A stretch of DNA of 64,000 bases from Podarcis muralis (lineage: Eukaryota). The DNA lies in NCBI RefSeq assembly GCF_964188315.1, contig NC_135661.1, forward strand, positions 45,322,001-45,386,000. Reading direction: 5' to 3'. The stretch's first letter is position 1; each line of letters begins with the position of its first letter. Of this stretch, positions 51,067 through 62,200 are shown one piece after another. A program made the translations under genes and the position numbers. The notes beneath the pieces were generated by a model. The model was given only the letters and a program-made list of their open reading frames with translations, made no database searches and had not been told where the DNA came from.

Positions 51067-51432
51067 AAGGTAAAGGTACCCCTGCCCGTACGGGCCAGTC
51101 GTGTCCGACTCTGGGGTTGCGTGCTCATCTCGCTCTAGAGGCCGTGAGCCGGCGCCGTCCGAAGACACTTCTGGGTCACGTGGCCAGCGTGACGAAGCTG
51201 CAGGTGGCGAGCCAGCACCAGCGCAGCACACGGAAACGCCGTTTACCTTCCCGCTATAAAGCGGTCCCTATTTATCTACTTCACTTAAGAGTGCTTTCAA
51301 ACTGCTAGGTGGGCAGGAGCTGGGACCGAACGATGGGAGCTCACCCCGCCGCGGGGATCCGAACTGCCGACCATGCGATTGGCAAGTCCTAGGCGCTGAA
51401 GTTTTACCCACAGCGCCACCTGCGTCCTTGTC
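51067..51432 (-). mobile_element. Sauria SINE, second subfamily, in GFOD2 intron 1
   Basis: Same architecture with a diverged body; 12-bp TSD AGATGCAAGATA at 51055-51066 and 51433-51444. Confidence 0.9.
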
Positions 51433-52809
51433 AGATGCAAGATAGAGCTCCACAATTATGAGCAAGACTAGACAATCATGAATCCTATCACAAATCTTAC
51501 CAACCTGCCTGGCAAGAAAGCTGTTAAACACTGTGCACATTATTTATATGACAGCCCTACAAGCAGACAGTCAAACATATCCAGAACATACAGCAAGCAA
51601 GCAGTGCTTGTTGAGGCCTGGGGATCACTGGATTTGGACTGTTTTCACGCACTAATACTACATCTTGTAGAATTCTCTGAGTTATATTTTATCTGTACAA
51701 TCATAATGAATTTCAGGAACTAAAATGCTTTTTCTGTGCAGCCTGAGCAGGAGCAGTCAACAACGTTATAGTTAACTGTTGTAGCCTGTCTTCACTTACC
51801 CCACCCGACAGCCCTGCTCACAGTTGTGAAGAGCATTCATACATTATGAATGGTCCATGTCACCATTAAGAAAAAGAGGTAGGAAATGTGGACTGTCCCT
51901 GGATAAAATTACTTTTCTTCTTTAAGTTCCCAAAGTTCTTAACCTAGCTCAAGGTTGTCATCTGAACTAGTCAGATATTTAACTGATAATCAGTCACAGT
52001 CAGTCCATCATTTGAAAAATAAGACTAGACATTCTGTTTTGGTGACTGTAACCTTGGTTTAAGGAGCCATTTGGTGCCTAGCTTATATATGCCAGTTTCC
52101 AACACTGTCCCCATTCCTACCATACTCTCACGATTTTTACACACATACTCCACTGCAACTGACCCTCATGGCTTGTAGTCCTATTCTTATGGCCAGTTCT
52201 TTCAGCTTCTGCCTAGTCAAACCCATCCTATTTACGTACGTATTGTACTTTTTAAAAAAATGGAAAGTGCTTCTCTTCAAAACCTGTGACAAGCATGGAA
52301 AGCAGCTACTACCAATTAAGGTTCTGAACTCCAATAATTACATAGTCCTTTATTGTACATTGCCTGTGATTCTCTTTAACAGAGAATTCATGAAGAATAT
52401 GATTAAAACTTTTCCACTCTGCCTGCCCTCCACATATATCCCACTTCACTTCCTCCACACTTTATATCTGCCCTTTCCTTTCACAATACACACCCTCCCA
52501 CACAATTGCCATTTACTGCTGTCACGAACGGCTGCTGCATACATTTGAGCTTTGTATAGAAATGTTACAGGCTATATCTCTTACATTTCTTTGCCTTTGG
52601 GCCCCAATGTTTACTTCTCTGAACCTATATTTAAAAAAACACCCACCTCGCCACACACTCTTCAAGCATCTTTTACAAAATAGATTCTGACTGACAAATA
52701 TGGGGTCCTTTAAGTTTAAGGTGCCACAGGGCCCGCCTTTCAATGATAAAAAATAGAGATACTTGATTCATTCACTCACCCACATTCATACATACTGTAT
52801 ATACTGTCT

Positions 52810-53000
52810 GCCTGGTTCAGAGGGCCTCGAGTTCCCCGCCCCGATACACGCCTGATCCTTCACGCATCGGACGAAGCAACCTCTCAGCCCACAATAAACC
52901 TCTTAAGACTTTTTAAGGCGCCAATAGACTCACTGTTGCTTGGGCTGCAGACCAACACGGGTCCGCAAGGTCGTCTGTCACCTAGAATAAGGGAACACGC

Positions 53001-53031
<31 letters not shown>

Positions 53032-53680
53032 CGCCAACAAGAAGCCCTTCCCCCTCGTGCAGGGACCTCACCTACCCCACTTGCCCCCCGCCTTGAATAG
53101 CGCGGCTTCTGCCCCGCCCTTCCTTCCCTTCCTTTCCACGCCTTTCACGATCATACACACCCCCCGCGTTCATTTTCGTCTCAGAGTCAGATTCCAGACG
53201 CTCCCGCTTTCCCATGGAGGAAGGTGGTGATGATGATGACGGAGGGAGGGAGGAGTAAGGAACATCTACGTCCGCCCCCCCTCCCTTCACCTCACCTCAC
53301 CTGAGGGCCTCAGCGCCTCTTGGTCTCTCTCTTTCTCTTGCGTGCTACAAGTGCGCGCGCACGCCTTCTCGCGCACTGCCCGAGGTACCGGCCGCCTAGG
53401 TCACATTTCTCTCCCCCTCCCACCTATCGGGCTTTTCCTTCTTGCGCAAGCGCGAGGGGCCGGGGAGGAGGCGGGGGCGGCGACGTTGCCGGCTCCCTCT
53501 TAAAGGCGCAGTGCCGATTCTTTCACTTGGCTTGAACGCGGTCCTGCAGAACAGGCGTTCGAATCCCCACTCGGCCACGAAGCTCGCCGGGTGGCCTTGG
53601 GCCAGGCCAGCCGCTGCCTTTCAGCCTAACCAACCTCGGCAAGGTCGTGGTAGGGATTCAACGAGGGTGGGGACCTCAAT
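52810..53680. promoter_or_regulatory. CpG island / GFOD2 promoter and non-coding exon 1 (donor at 53301/53300)
   Basis: CpG-dense; minus-strand CAG|GTGAGG donor; palindrome GTGCGCGCGCAC at about 53352. Confidence 0.8.
53001..53034. repeat. (GT)n(GC)n compound microsatellite
   Basis: gtgtgt...gtgcgcgcgcgcgc, read directly. Confidence 0.95.
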
Positions 53681-53722
53681 CTCCTTGAGGTGGGCTATAA
53701 ATTCAACAAATAAATAAATAAA
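53500..53722 (+). mobile_element. tRNA-derived SINE inside the GFOD2 CpG island
   Basis: A-box-like GGCGCAGTG at about 53505, B box GTTCGAATCC at 53557-53566, CAGCCTAACCAACCTC core, (AAAT)n tail. Confidence 0.7.
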
Positions 53723-54565
53723 GTGGTTGGTGGAAGTGGGCAGGGAAAGTAGTGCCTGGGTGTAGCTGCCTCCGCAATTGCCTGCATTACTCAGTAGTGA
53801 TGCTATGTCAGAAACAGATTAGAAAATGTAAATGGTGGCTTGCACAGTGTGGGGTGGAGGGACCTAAGACAGGTGTCTATAGTGGGCCTTGCTGGAGTGC
53901 TGGACTTCTGGCAACTGCCCGAGGATGCTATGTGCTGGAGTTGTTCCAGGCTATTCTACTTTGCAGGGCTGTTGTGAAGATTTTTTTAAAAAGAACAACA
54001 ACAACAACAACAACAACAGGGGTGCTGGAGTAAATGATGACATATCCTAAGTTCATTAGTGAAAGGGTGTAATAGAAATGTAATAAAATAAGCATTTCAT
54101 GCTGCTAGGGAATGTATTATTTCAACCTTGTCAACAAGCTTCAAAAGTTACCAGAATGCATTTTTTCTTTTTTATACTAACCTGAGGGGACTGGCTAAAG
54201 GGGGCGGAAAGCCTGTTGTGTTTTTATGCTGTATGTGAAAGAGGGGGGCTTCCTTCACATGTATGCAATTCCTTATCACCTATGGCAGAGGTGAGCAACC
54301 TGAGTTCTGAGTACCAAATGTGGCCCTCCACATCCTTCTCTGACTCTGCTGCACAACCTCAAGTGCTTTCTTCAGGCTGCAATGTGTTCTTGAAGAGTGG
54401 TGATAGCTCTCCCCTGCCTGGACAGAAGATACGTTACATTCACCCCAGTCTAAGGCTAGTGAGAGACTTAAGGCAGCCAGTGCTTCCCTCTGGTCTGGTT
54501 TCCTTCGAATGAGTATTTTTGAAGACTGGTGTCTTTTTGATATATGGTTTTATTTACCCCCACAC

Positions 54566-55541
54566 ACAACCAGAGCACAAGATGAAAAGCTCATAGCATC
54601 ACTACTACATCAGAACTTGCTCCTCCATTAGACTTCCAGGGAGATCCCCCAAAGGTTTGGTTTCATCCCACCGTGAGCAAGTCAAACCTCTGTGTCTTCT
54701 CAGCTGCATACTTGACAAAGGCTAACCTCTGACCTACTGTTCTCTTGCCTCTAGGATGATGTGGTGAGATCTGGGTACACTTCCTTCTAGAAACATCAGA
54801 GAAATGATGGGAGGGTATGGAGTTATGTGACCCCCGAGCCAAGGAGATAAGTAACTATACAGTACAGTGGTACCTTGGGTTAAGAACTTAATTCATTCTG
54901 GAGGTCCGTTCTTAACCTGAAACTGTTCTTAACCTGAAGCACCACTTTAGCTAATGGGGCCTGCTGCTGCCGCCGCGCTGCCGGAGCATGATTTCTATAC
55001 TCATCCTGAAGCAAAATTCTTAACCTGAGTTACTATTTCTGGGTTAGCGGAGTCTGTAACCTGAAGCGTATGTAACCCGAGGTACCACTGTACAACCTTT
55101 AGAAGACAACTGAAGACAGCCCTGTGTAGGGAAGTATTTTTTTAAAGTTTAATGTTTTATCATGTTTTTATATATGTTGCAAGCCGCCCAGAGTGGCTGG
55201 AGCAACCAGGTCAGATGGGTAGGGTATAACGAATTAATAGTAGTATGGAATAGGACGTCTCTATTTCATCAGATAAATGTTGGAGGGTATGCACATATAC
55301 ACAACCAGAGCACAAGATGAAGGGCTCACAGCATCACTGCTACATCAGATCTTGCTCCTCCATCAGGTCCCTAGGGAGATCCCCCAAAGGTGTGGTTTCA
55401 GCTCTGAGAGGAAGTCAAGCCTCTGTGTCTTCCCAGCTGCAGACAAGACAAAGGCCAGCCTCTGACCTACTGTTCTCTTGCCTCCAGGATGATGAGTCCA
55501 GCCACGTGTGTGAGATCTGGCTACCCTTCCTTGTAGAGACA
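54566..55541. repeat. Local direct duplication of a ~235-bp segment (54566-54795 and 55301-55541)
   Basis: Collinear ACAACCAGAGCACAAGATGAA...GGGAGATCCCCCAAAGG...CCTCTGACCTACTGTTCTCTTGCCTC..GGATGATG in both copies. Confidence 0.9.
54865..55090. mobile_element. Tigger/pogo-like MITE (inverted relative to the other copies)
   Basis: Reverse complement of the 13332 copy; TA flanks. Confidence 0.85.
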
Positions 55542-56048
55542 GTACTAGCTCCTTTTTCTATGACAACACGCCCATACTTGCTCAAGTCTTTAGGCATATA
55601 AAAGGATGCTGAGCAGGGTCAGGTTGATCTTTTACAAAGAAACTGGTTCAGGCACTTCAGCTCCTACTACAGGCTCCCATCATCCAGATAAAGAACCACA
55701 GGCTTTGGAGGGGACCTAAACACATAATCCAAACCAACCCCCTGGTCCTACAACAGTGAGTTGCACGCACTAAATACCTCTGGCCTTTGTATGTAGCTTC
55801 CATGGAAGGTAATATTCACAACCTTGCCCTGCCCACTTTTGCCTTTGTCTCGCCAGTGCCACCCACACCCACCTGGCATTGGCATCCAGCCCCCATAAGG
55901 GGGCTCCTGAGGGAATGTGACCCTCAGAGTGAAAGTTCTTTCAATCCATGGCTAGTCCTTAAAAACAATTCTGCGTGAAAACTAGTCTTCAATGGAACCT
56001 TCTGAAGGAAGAAGAGAGTCAGAAACATTTTCCTTGAATCCCAGGCAG

Positions 56049-56054
56049 TTTATT
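56049..56054 (-). terminator. Candidate polyadenylation signal of the SDR gene
   Basis: AATAAA on the minus strand about 60 nt past the stop codon. Confidence 0.6.
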
Positions 56055-56114
56055 GGATGCTCTCTAGGCAGAATCCTAGAGTGGTAAACCCCCTGGCATC
56101 GTGAAACAAATTCC

Positions 56115-56231
56115 TCACCAGGGTACTCTGCGTCCTTCCCAGTCCACAAAGGTACCGTTATCCACCTCAGAAAGTGTGGAGAGAACTTGAATTATTCCTC
56201 GTGTACTCTCTTCAACAGTCAGGTCCGCCTC
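56115..56231 (-). CDS. SDR last exon
   Basis: EADLTVEESTRGIIQVLSTLSEVDNGTFVDWEGRRVPW*; 117 nt. Confidence 0.92.
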   Translation of the reverse strand, partial: EADLTVEESTRGIIQVLSTLSEVDNGTFVDWEGRRVPW

Positions 56232-59200
56232 CTGTGAAGAAAAATATTGTAAGTGAAGGATTTATTAAGTTCGGAAAAAGTCATTCTTGAGCATCAAATA
56301 GCAGAAGGCCTAGATGCTGTTGGATGTCTTGGTTATAAGATTTCAGTCTGCACATTAAACATTGCTTTATGAAAGACAACCAAGTGGTCATACATGCCAA
56401 AGGATAGCAGTTCACTGCAAGGCCTCAGAGGACTATGTATGCTAGTCCTATAGGGCTGCCCACCTTTTCCATTATTACCAAAAGCACTTACGGAATTGAG
56501 TTGAGTTTTCACCCAGCCAGGATGGATGCAAACACACAGAATCCCATAAGCTGGATACGTGAGTGACTGGCATTTGGTGAGCATGTTTAAAGCAGCCTAC
56601 AAGGGAGAAAAAAACAAACCATGAGCAGAGGGTGCATTGAACTGTGGGGAGCTGCTTAATATGAATTACTGCAAGGTGGCTAGAAAGGATTTGGAGGCAG
56701 AGAGGTTTGTAAGAAAAATTGGACATCATTGAGCATTCCTGACACAAAAACTAGCAACTTGGAAGTTATCTATCATGGACACCACTCTTGAACAAGATTT
56801 TTGACAGGCATTTGTGAGTGTTCCCCATGCTTGTTGGCTGCATCATTTTGCTAACTGATATCTAGCTTTAGATGTTGGTTCTAAGTTCCGCAAGAAGAAA
56901 AGGACTGTACACATGCTGTTTATTTGTAGAAAACATCCTGGTATCTTCCCTTAATGCCATCCACAGTTTTAGAAAATGCAACATCCTCACAACAAAAGTT
57001 TGTCTCTCAACATTTATCTGTGGGTAATACGCTATTATTGCCCAGATTCACACATACAGCTATCATTTGGAAAGATAGTTGCAGCAGGGCAGAGGAGGTT
57101 GGAGACGGTTGCACATGGATTTCACATAAGGTACCTTACTGCAGCGATAGGCAACAGTCATCTTTCTTTCCCATAACAGCATAACTTCCATGGAGCCTGC
57201 AGCACTGGAGGTATTGATAATGGCTGCCTTGCAGCAGCTCAGCCCTTCCTGGGGATATCTCTGAGCTGCCATCTTCAGCAGGGGCAGAAATGCCTAAAAG
57301 AGAATAGAGATCATGGCTGTTGTTAAGTCAATGAATGCAGCTATCTTAGGGCAGGGTACCAGAGGTAAACACTGGGTGCACTGTGTAAAGTTAAAGGTAA
57401 ATATAAACAATGCTCGTAGCAGAATTAGGATTTCTGATCCAAAAATACTTTCTATAAGCTTTTGCACAAGGAGTCCTGTAAGACTTAGCATACATTTAGA
57501 ATTGTTTGAATGCACAGCTGGGCAACCTGTGCCCTGGCCTCATTTTATGCCGCCGCCAACAGGTCCTGAAGCTGCTCTATTCTAAGGTCTCACCCATGTT
57601 TCTTCCTTCTAGTTCGCTTCTTGGCATTTTAAAGTTGTCCTTCTCCCACAACTTCTGCAATCTCTCTCTTTTACTATGTGTGTGCACAGCACACTGATAG
57701 GAAAGGCATTAATGGCATCTGTTTTCCAGAAAGTAGCCATATTGATTCTATTAAAAAAAATTGTCTGCATGTTCATGAGAGCAGCCCCATTAAACGTCTG
57801 GGGAAGGAAAGGTAGAAAGCATTCCTATTTTTATGCCAGACTGATGTTCAGTGACTGGTGGATCTATCAGTGTTGGTTTATCATTTTTCCTACCTTAAGT
57901 TCAATTCTCTGAATTTCCATATCAGATTGCAATTATTTTCTTAAAATCCTCATGAAAATTACTTGCTCAAACAAATACTGCTTTTCTCCTACCCAGTTTG
58001 TTGCTTTTGTTTAATTCTCCCAAAGGGCCAGAACATCACAGTTATTACCAGGGCAATAGGTAGTGAGTAAAGGGTTTTGCAGCCTCATGAAAAGCAAAAA
58101 CTTACCTGGCTCACCTGAAGTGGCCCAATAGTATTGACGGCATATACATTTGCCATGTCCTTAGCATTTTCTTCCTCCAGGTCGTTTCCAGAAGTAATAC
58201 CAGCATTGTTCATCAGGAGGTTCAATCCACATTCTCCAACACACCTTTGCACTTGCTCCACAGCTGCCTTGATGCTCTGGAGGTCAGTGACATCTGCAGA
58301 ATGACATTTCTAAGCCCTTAAGAACTGGGTGGCGTGGGGATGCCCAAGGGACTAATAAAAAGGCCCTTTTAACACTACCAAGGCAGGTGGCTTGGGGGGA
58401 TCTTACAGATTACAAGGATGAGAGGTGCTTTTCAGTCCACTTATTTGTCCCTTGGCCTGTCAGCTCTTTTTGTTAGTGTGGGACAAGAAGCTACAGTTAG
58501 AAGGGGATATGGAACAACTGATTGGTTCAAAATTGGGAAAGGAGTACGACAAGGCTGTATATTGTCTCCCTGCTTATTTAACTTATATGCATAATTCATC
58601 ATGCGAAAGGCTGGGCTGGATGAATCCCTAGCCGGAATTAAATATCAGCCGGAAGAAATATCAACAACCTCAGAAATGCAGATGACACAACCTTGATGGC
58701 AGAAAGTGAGGAGGAATTAAAGAACCTTTTAATGAGGGTGAAAGAGGAAAGCACAAAATATGGTCTGAAGCTCAACATCAAAAAAAAGCTCAACATCAAA
58801 AAAGAAGAAGATCATGGCCACTGGTCCCATCACCTCCTGGCAAATAGAAGGAGAAGAAATGGAGGCAGTGAGAGATTTTACTTTCTTGGGCTCCATGATC
58901 ACTGTAGATGGTGACAGCAGTCACGAAATTAAAAGACGCCTGCTTCTTGGGAGAAAAGCAATGACAAACCTAGACAGCATCTTAAAAAGCAGAGACATCA
59001 CCTTTCCAACAAAGGTCCGTATAGTTAAAGCTATGGTTTTCCCAGTAGTGATGTATGGAAGTAAGAGCTGGACTATAAAGAAGGCTGATCGCCGAAGAAT
59101 TGATGCTTTTGAATTCTGGTGCTGGAGGAGACTCTGGAGAGTCCCATGGACTGCAAGAAGATCAAATCTATCCATTCTTAAGGAAATCAGCCCTGAGTGC

Positions 59201-62200
59201 TCACTGGAAGGACAGATCCTGAAGCTAAGGCTCCAATACTTTGGCTACCTCATGAGAAGAGAAGACTCCCTGGAAAAGACCCTGATGTTGGGAAAGATGG
59301 AGGGCACAAGGAGAAGGGGACGACAGAGGACGAGATGGTGGGACAGTGTTTTCGAAGCTACCAGCATGAGTTTGACCAAACTGCAGGAGGCAGTGGAAGA
59401 CAGGAGTGCCTGGCGTGCTCTGGTCCATGGGGTCACGAAGAGTCGGATACGACTAAACGACTAAACAACAACAGCAGCTACTACAGCCCACTTGAGGAGG
59501 AAGAACAAGTACTTCGCTGAATCATGGAGCTCTGTGTGTCTTTCTGAGTTGTGCATGCAGTGAGTACAGGGACTGACTGGAAGCTGGCTTTTAAAAATAC
59601 TTGTATCACATTAATATCACTCCATCAAAAAACAAGCGCAAAGCAAGGCGATTGTAAGGCAAAAATACTTAACTATTGTAGGTGGAGAAAAGTCCTGACA
59701 ACACTTTACTGAGCAAACTGAACAAAAAACTGTGTAATTTAGGGAGAAAGCAGAAGAGATACCTATTTTGTCTCTCTTAGTTCAGGAGTTGCATATGCAC
59801 ACTGAAAGATCCCTGCAGTTCCTCTTCCAAGATTTATGAAATCTTTGGGACAATCAGACACACAAAAGGTAAGGCTGAGCCCAAAACAAGGCCATTGTGA
59901 ATCCCAAGTACCGTACTTTATTCTTTGGACTATGGTAACATACCACAGGCTATGTATGGTACCTGTTATGGAAGCCTTGCCTTTGTCTGTCATATTGCCT
60001 CTGTAAGAATTCACAGACACAGAAAGTAGAGTACCCATAAGAAATAGCATGAGGCTATGACTTCGGTAGGCCGTTTTGGAAAGTTCCTTTATGGCAGGTA
60101 TGGGGAGCCTTTGACTCTCCAAATATTACTGAGCTACAAATCTAATCAGCCCCAGCAAGCATGGTCAATGGGCAAGGTTGATGGGAGTTGTAGTTCAGCA
60201 ATATATGGCGGGCCTGCTACCACCTCAGAAGAGAGGCTTTGTTGCTTAAGCCCTTGATTGGCTGTGAACCGTCCTTTTTCCAGTTACTGCTTTGTGGACT
60301 GTACTGGTTTGCACTGGTGCTGGGAATGTCTATTCATCCTGCATTTGGAACGTGAGACTTACCCAGCTGCAGCACCACCAGATTCTGATGCTGGCAGGCC
60401 AACTCCTTTATTTCCTGTCAAAAAAGAAATGTTTTACCTCCTTGATTAAACTGGAACTGGTCACCAAGAGAGACCCAGAGCCTTAGAACTGGATGCTGAA
60501 AATGCTTAGTAGAGTCTGATAGAAACTCAGGAATCTCACACAGAACAGTGCCTTGCAAGGAGAACACCTTCCTCTTCAACATTAATAGGCAGCGCTTTTT
60601 CGGGGGGCGGGATGCAGGGGTACACATACCTCTAAATATTATTTTGTGAATCTTTTTACTTTTGTCCATTTACTGTATTTATTTCCCCCGATTTGAACTA
60701 TAAAATGATGATTTTCTGGAGTCAAAATGAGAGTACCCCTAAAAAATTTTTTAAAGAAAAAAAAGCACTGTTAACAGGTGAGTACGTTATGAACAGAAAA
60801 CCTTGTACATTGAAAACTGGTTAGCAGTCTGAAAGCTGTCCCCACCTCCCCCTTTGTAATTCTCCCAAGACCACAGCCTCTTTCTCACCAGGTCATATCC
60901 TCATTGGCATTGCTCTATACACTCAAAAAATGTTTCTGCCTGGCTAGAATATGTCCTTGTACTGTAACAGTGCCTTTTACTTGTTCGGATGGAGGATGGA
61001 GAGAAAGGTGTATGTAGAAACTAGTGACTTTTGCATCAGTGGAACGTAGCCTATTATACAAGGACAGCAGCCATATCTGTTGCTCGGCCCACTTTGGCTT
61101 CTGGCCCCCTACACCACTGGCATGTGGCCCCCAGAAAGTTGCCCACAGGGGAATATACTAAAAGGAAACTGTGGAAGACCTAAGGGTAAGTTGAACATTA
61201 TTACAAAGTTACTTTGAAGGAACTAGACTGTTAAAAGAAATAAAAATCCTGCATGGAGTTGACTTGGGGTTTAAGGGATTAATTTATTTCCTGACAGCCA
61301 ATACTCTCCTCTGCTGGTAAACGGCTTAAAAAGGTGTTGAAACTTAATTCAGCAAAATGATAATTGCTGGACAAACCAGTCTACAGGTGGAACTAGAGTG
61401 ACAGAGATCTTCTTTTATGTCCCTCCCTGTAATGGGTATGAGTTACTCGTGCGTAAACTGCCGCCTCTCTAGGCTAAATTGCCTTGTTAAACCATTCTGA
61501 CTGCACAGCCCATCTCAACGTGGCTGCCTCAGTCGCTGGCAGAATCCGTCAGTGGGCGTTTCTTAAACCTCTTCCAACATAAAAGCTGTTTGACTCCCAG
61601 TCTCCTCCTCCTCTCACTGCGCGGGAGTCTTCTGCGCAGGGAGGGCGTGGGTAGCGGGGGACCTGTGCTCTCCTCACTGATGTCCAGTGAAGAATCCTGG
61701 AGCCCTCTCTCCACTTCCCCCATCTCCTCCCCTTTATCCCTGGTGTTGCGCTGATTTCCTTCCCCCTCTCCTGAGCTGCTTCTCCCCCTTCTGCTGGGTC
61801 CTTCGCCAGCATCATCTGGGAGCCTCCCCTTCGCCTCTCGCTCCGATGTCAGTTCCCTGACACTCCCCATTAATCTATGCTGTAATTTTCTAAAACTATT
61901 ATCATATAGCAGCTCAACTGGCCGCTAACAGACAGCACTGTGACCTACAGCTTTTTGGCAGCCTTGTGAGAGCTGCTGGCCCATCACAGCACTCTTGAGA
62001 GCAGCAGACAAGGCAGGCAGTGGGCAACTCAGATGAGCCACTGAAAACAGTCACACCAGAGCAGGGCAGCCGCTGGTGAAACCAAAGGCCCAACAGCATT
62101 CTCTCCAACCGGGCGCCCTCCAGATGTTTTGGACTACAACTCCCATCAACCCCATCCAGCACACAAAGCTGACATTACATTCTTACAACATAGTAACATC

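Noticed and set aside
53504-53575. Possible tRNA gene (A and B boxes)
   Set aside because: No acceptor stem or cloverleaf; it continues into a SINE core and an (AAAT)n tail.
141-55090. Recurring ~240-bp units with GGTTAAGAAC repeats as a CRISPR-like or satellite array
   Set aside because: They are dispersed, with TIRs and TA TSDs, so they are MITEs; there is no repeat-spacer organisation, and the DNA is eukaryotic.
61529-61870. 113-aa minus-strand ORF
   Set aside because: It lies within the GA-rich putative LTR, is low-complexity, and has no gag or pol motif.
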